Source of the DNA: Psammoneis japonica | Taxonomy: Eukaryota | Assembly: GCA_008632985.1 (NCBI GenBank) | Contig: QPGO01000083.1 | Span: 99,075-163,074, forward strand | DNA: 64,000 nt | Direction of reading: 5' to 3' | Translations under genes and position numbers: made by a program | The notes under the pieces: generated by a model | Told to the model about the DNA's origin: nothing | The model's input: the letters and a program-made list of their open reading frames with translations, nothing else | Databases searched by the model: none | Part shown: in pieces, positions 60,642 through 64,000 of the stretch | Layout of the letters: the number at the start of each line of letters is the position of its first letter | Position numbering within the stretch: position 1 is the stretch's first letter

Positions 60642-63623
60642 ATGGTTCCAAAAGCGTTGCTCCTCCTGTTGTGCGTGAGCCCGTTGTTTTCTAAGGTTCA
60701 TGGCGAAAGCGTAAGAGACGGCAACGGAGGTAACTGCGTCAACGTTACTTCCTGCCGACCTCGATGCGTCACTTTTCGACTTGACCGCACCAAAACCGAC
60801 TGTGATAAAGCCGAGGGCGTCTTCGCGGAGCAATCTGAGCCCAATCCTTGGGATATCCATGAGTTCCGCTCGTTGAATTGTGAATCTGCTGGCACTTGTT
60901 TTAACAGCAAGTGTGGTCAAGACTTGCTGGGTAATGTGACGCTGCGCATCAGCGAGGATGGAGACCTTGGGTCTCCGTTCGTCACGAATGTCGAGTTGAA
61001 GGACACTCAAGAAAGATTCACGTTTTGTTCGGTATACCCCTGTCCAAATGAAGAGTGTGCATTGCCAGAGCAAATGGTATGTTGCCTTGCGATACTTATA
61101 TTGATTTTCTCCTTATCACAAAAAAAAAACTGAAACCGTCCAATTTGCATACTACCTTAGGGATCGGAGTTACGACTCGAAATTCACGAAGGAAGTAGCG
61201 GGCAGCCAAGTGACGAATATCTGCTTGCCTTGGTAGGTTTCGAACCTCTTTTATGTACTTCTCTGGAATGCATCCGAGAAAAGCTTTTCTCACACACATT
61301 GGAAACTCGCATATAGGAGCTCTCCCTAACGGCGTCTTTTGCCGGATCTGCGTTTCACGAAGCCGTAGACAACAGGTATGGACCGTTGTATCTGGAATGG
61401 ATGGATGATCCCACTGGATGTCGGCATGGCGCATTATCGGATTTTGCGCCAATTGCACCGCCTGCTGAGCCCTTGGTTGCTACGAATTTGACTGAGGTTG
61501 AAGCCGGCTTGTACTGCGAAGGTGATACGTACGATCTATCGCCACTCCCACAAGCTATGACACCGAGCGCAGCACCGAGTCTTGCACCCACGACGACTGC
61601 AACATGGACTTCCGAAGAACTCGACCAAATTGAGGCCCTACAAGCCTTTTATAACTCGACCCACATGGGGCATCACCAATCCAAGCGCTTTCATAACTGG
61701 TTCACGGTTGACAATTACTGTGATTTCACAGGTATCGTCTGCGATGCAAATGGTTTTGTAACGAGCATTGATCTTACTAACAAGAGGCTTTCAGGAATCC
61801 TTCCGACATCGTCCTGGGAGCTTTTGAGCAAACTCCAAACTCTCAAGCTTGTCGGAAACCTGATTGAAGGCAGCATCCCTTCCCAGCTCGCACAGTTGAG
61901 TCATCTTACTCATTTGGAATTGGCAGTAAACAACCTCTCCGGCCCAATTCCCGACTCTCTCTCGTCCCTGAACCAGATTCGCCGCCTCATGCTGCAGTAC
62001 AACAAGCTTAACGGTACCATCCCAGAGTCTGTCTGCGATTTGACGAAGCTCCTTGCATTTGACATTTCGGGAAACAAAGCCATGCATGGCGAGATTCCTT
62101 CATGCCTTGGTACACTTCCTTTGGAAGTTCTCCGAGTCGAGGACGTTGGTCTCGTGGGTGAAGTCCCGCCGGCATTATGTGCTGTGCGCAACATCAATGG
62201 ACTCGAACCGAATCGCTATGGGTGCGAGGGTATTGCTTGTCCAGCTGGATACTACGAACCTATTTTGGGGAGAAAGAACAATGCCAATAGCCAGTGCCTC
62301 ACATGTGTCGCGCCCTCCAATGTAATTGGGTCGACGAAAAATGCATGCTTTTGGAAGGCAACGATGTCGTAACACAAGCTCCGTCGAGCAGCCCGGCACC
62401 AAGCGGTGTTCCATCATTCAGTGCTTCTCCGACCATGAGCTTTTCACCAAGCGCTGTTCCATCTGCGAGTCCTTTACCAACCATCAGCATCATGCCTACT
62501 GTGGGTTCTTCAAACACGCCTTCTGGAGTTGAGACTCTTTCTTCAGCGCCAAGCGCTAGTAAGGAAGGTTATTCAGCGAATCCATCTGCGGCTCCCAGCC
62601 TGCATCCGTCTTCACCTCCCACGTCAGTCCCAACAATAATTTCGACAGCCCCCTTGACACCCGCTCCATCCCAAGCAGACACTCCAAGCCTGACCAAAGC
62701 CAATTCCACAAAACTTCATGAGGTATCTGTAGACTTGATACTCCTCTTTGCGAACATTACAACGAAGCTGACTGACTCAGCCGACAAGGCAGCTTTTAAC
62801 CATGCTACCAAGACCTTTTTGAACCATCAGCTGCCGGTGGAGGTACACGTTATTCACGATGTTCTTATTGTTTCGCAGTTTCTGCACGAGCCAGAGAGCG
62901 AAAGTGATGGAATTGTGCACTTTACTTTCCGACACCTATCTCAAGCGGCTCTACACATCAAGATCAGAGTCCAGGGAGAAACGAGCGATACTGACAACGC
63001 GTTCAAGATGGCGATTGAGCAGTCCCTGAAAGAACAGTATGGCTCATACATACACAAGCTTTCCAAAGACATTGATTCCTTCGCAACGCCGGTTGGTAGC
63101 CAAGGTGGTGGAAAGGACAACATTAATTGGGCACTGCTTGTTGTAGCTGTAGTCTTGTCTGTCGTGGCAGTTGCAACGCTACTGGTGGTTCGCCAACTTC
63201 ACGGCAGAGACCGCTTTTCAGCAGAGGGGCAAAACGCAGGAGCCCACTGGTCGAAAAAGAAAAATGTACGTCTTGAATCACCACAACGAAGGCATACAAT
63301 GCCGCTTGCTCAGCAGTAATATCCTCACAAGCAGTTTTCATTGAACTTTTCTTTCACAGAAGCGACATTTGTTTAGTTTTGGTGGAAGAGGAAAAGGTCG
63401 TCCACCGGTTGAAGGCGGCTCCTTGTCTGACGAGAGTAGCGCGGGTTGGAGATCAGGCGAAGGGTCAGAGGAAGGTGAATTTGTCAATCCGGTCCGTGAC
63501 AGTGAAAGCATTGAGTCAGCCCAAGAGTGGACCATTGACCCGCTGGACCAAATGACAGAGTACGATGGTGACAACATGTCAAGAACCCCCAGTACCACGG
63601 AACAATCCATTGCTGTTGTATGA
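60642..63623 (+). CDS. LRR receptor-like membrane protein (signal peptide, LRRs, PS-rich stalk, TM, acidic tail); introns 61077-61160, 61233-61316 and 63266-63359; 1-nt frameshift near 62340
   Basis: MVPKALLLLLCVSPLFS signal; LxxNxLxGxIP plant-type LRRs; WALLVVAVVLSVVAVATLLVV TM. All three GT-AG introns restore frame. Removing one A from GAAAAATGC gives STKCMLLEG. Confidence 0.85.
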
Positions 63624-64000
63624 GCAAGCGGCGTCGTGGTTTTCCTAATTCTTCTCGGCAAACATTACAATGAAGAAGACATTGATTCTCTTTTTCCTCC
63701 CAAGAAATGACGCATAAATGCACACATGACTCTTGTTCGAGTCCCACCTTAGAAGACGTAGTAGATCCCCATAAGAACACTTTGCCGCTGTTTCTATAAC
63801 ATGTGAGACTGCAAAAGGTTCAGCAACGACCATCGCATTACGAGCACCAAGTATTCTGCAAAAGTTCCACGACGCACCCTTTTCTTTCCAACAACGGTGG
63901 CGAGCAACGAGCTGCGACAAAAGGCAGGCATGGCATGCACACAAGAGAAACTGGTGATCTTCCAACTTCCAATTGCCATCGCGCTGCTGAGACAGGCGGC

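Overview
Eukaryotic genomic DNA, most consistent with a diatom (inference from ~80-95 bp GT-AG introns, PT/PS-repeat FG-GAP and LRR surface proteins, and the TE types). Intact host-type genes sit as islands: a HECT-like 3' end, an FG-GAP membrane protein, a TFIIS-N+SRA/YDG protein, a Crypton-type tyrosine recombinase, an FAH-SDR fusion, a small membrane protein and an LRR receptor-like gene. Between them are large blocks of nested, decayed transposons: a MULE transposase, CRE/Ambal-like non-LTR remnants, a complete Plavaka/CMC element with TIR and TSD, a complete Ngaro/PAT-type YR retrotransposon with split direct repeats, and several MITEs. The main signal is that these repeat blocks have lost nearly all TpA dinucleotides. 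TpA appears to be converted to TpG or CpA (A>G on either strand), which turns conserved Tyr codons into Cys/His, destroys splice sites and removes stop codons. Surviving TpAs are mostly in YTAR context. This looks like a repeat-targeted A-to-G hypermutation process, the chemical opposite of fungal RIP, layered on ordinary CpG decay. A base-calling artefact at a modified base remains an alternative and needs short-read confirmation.
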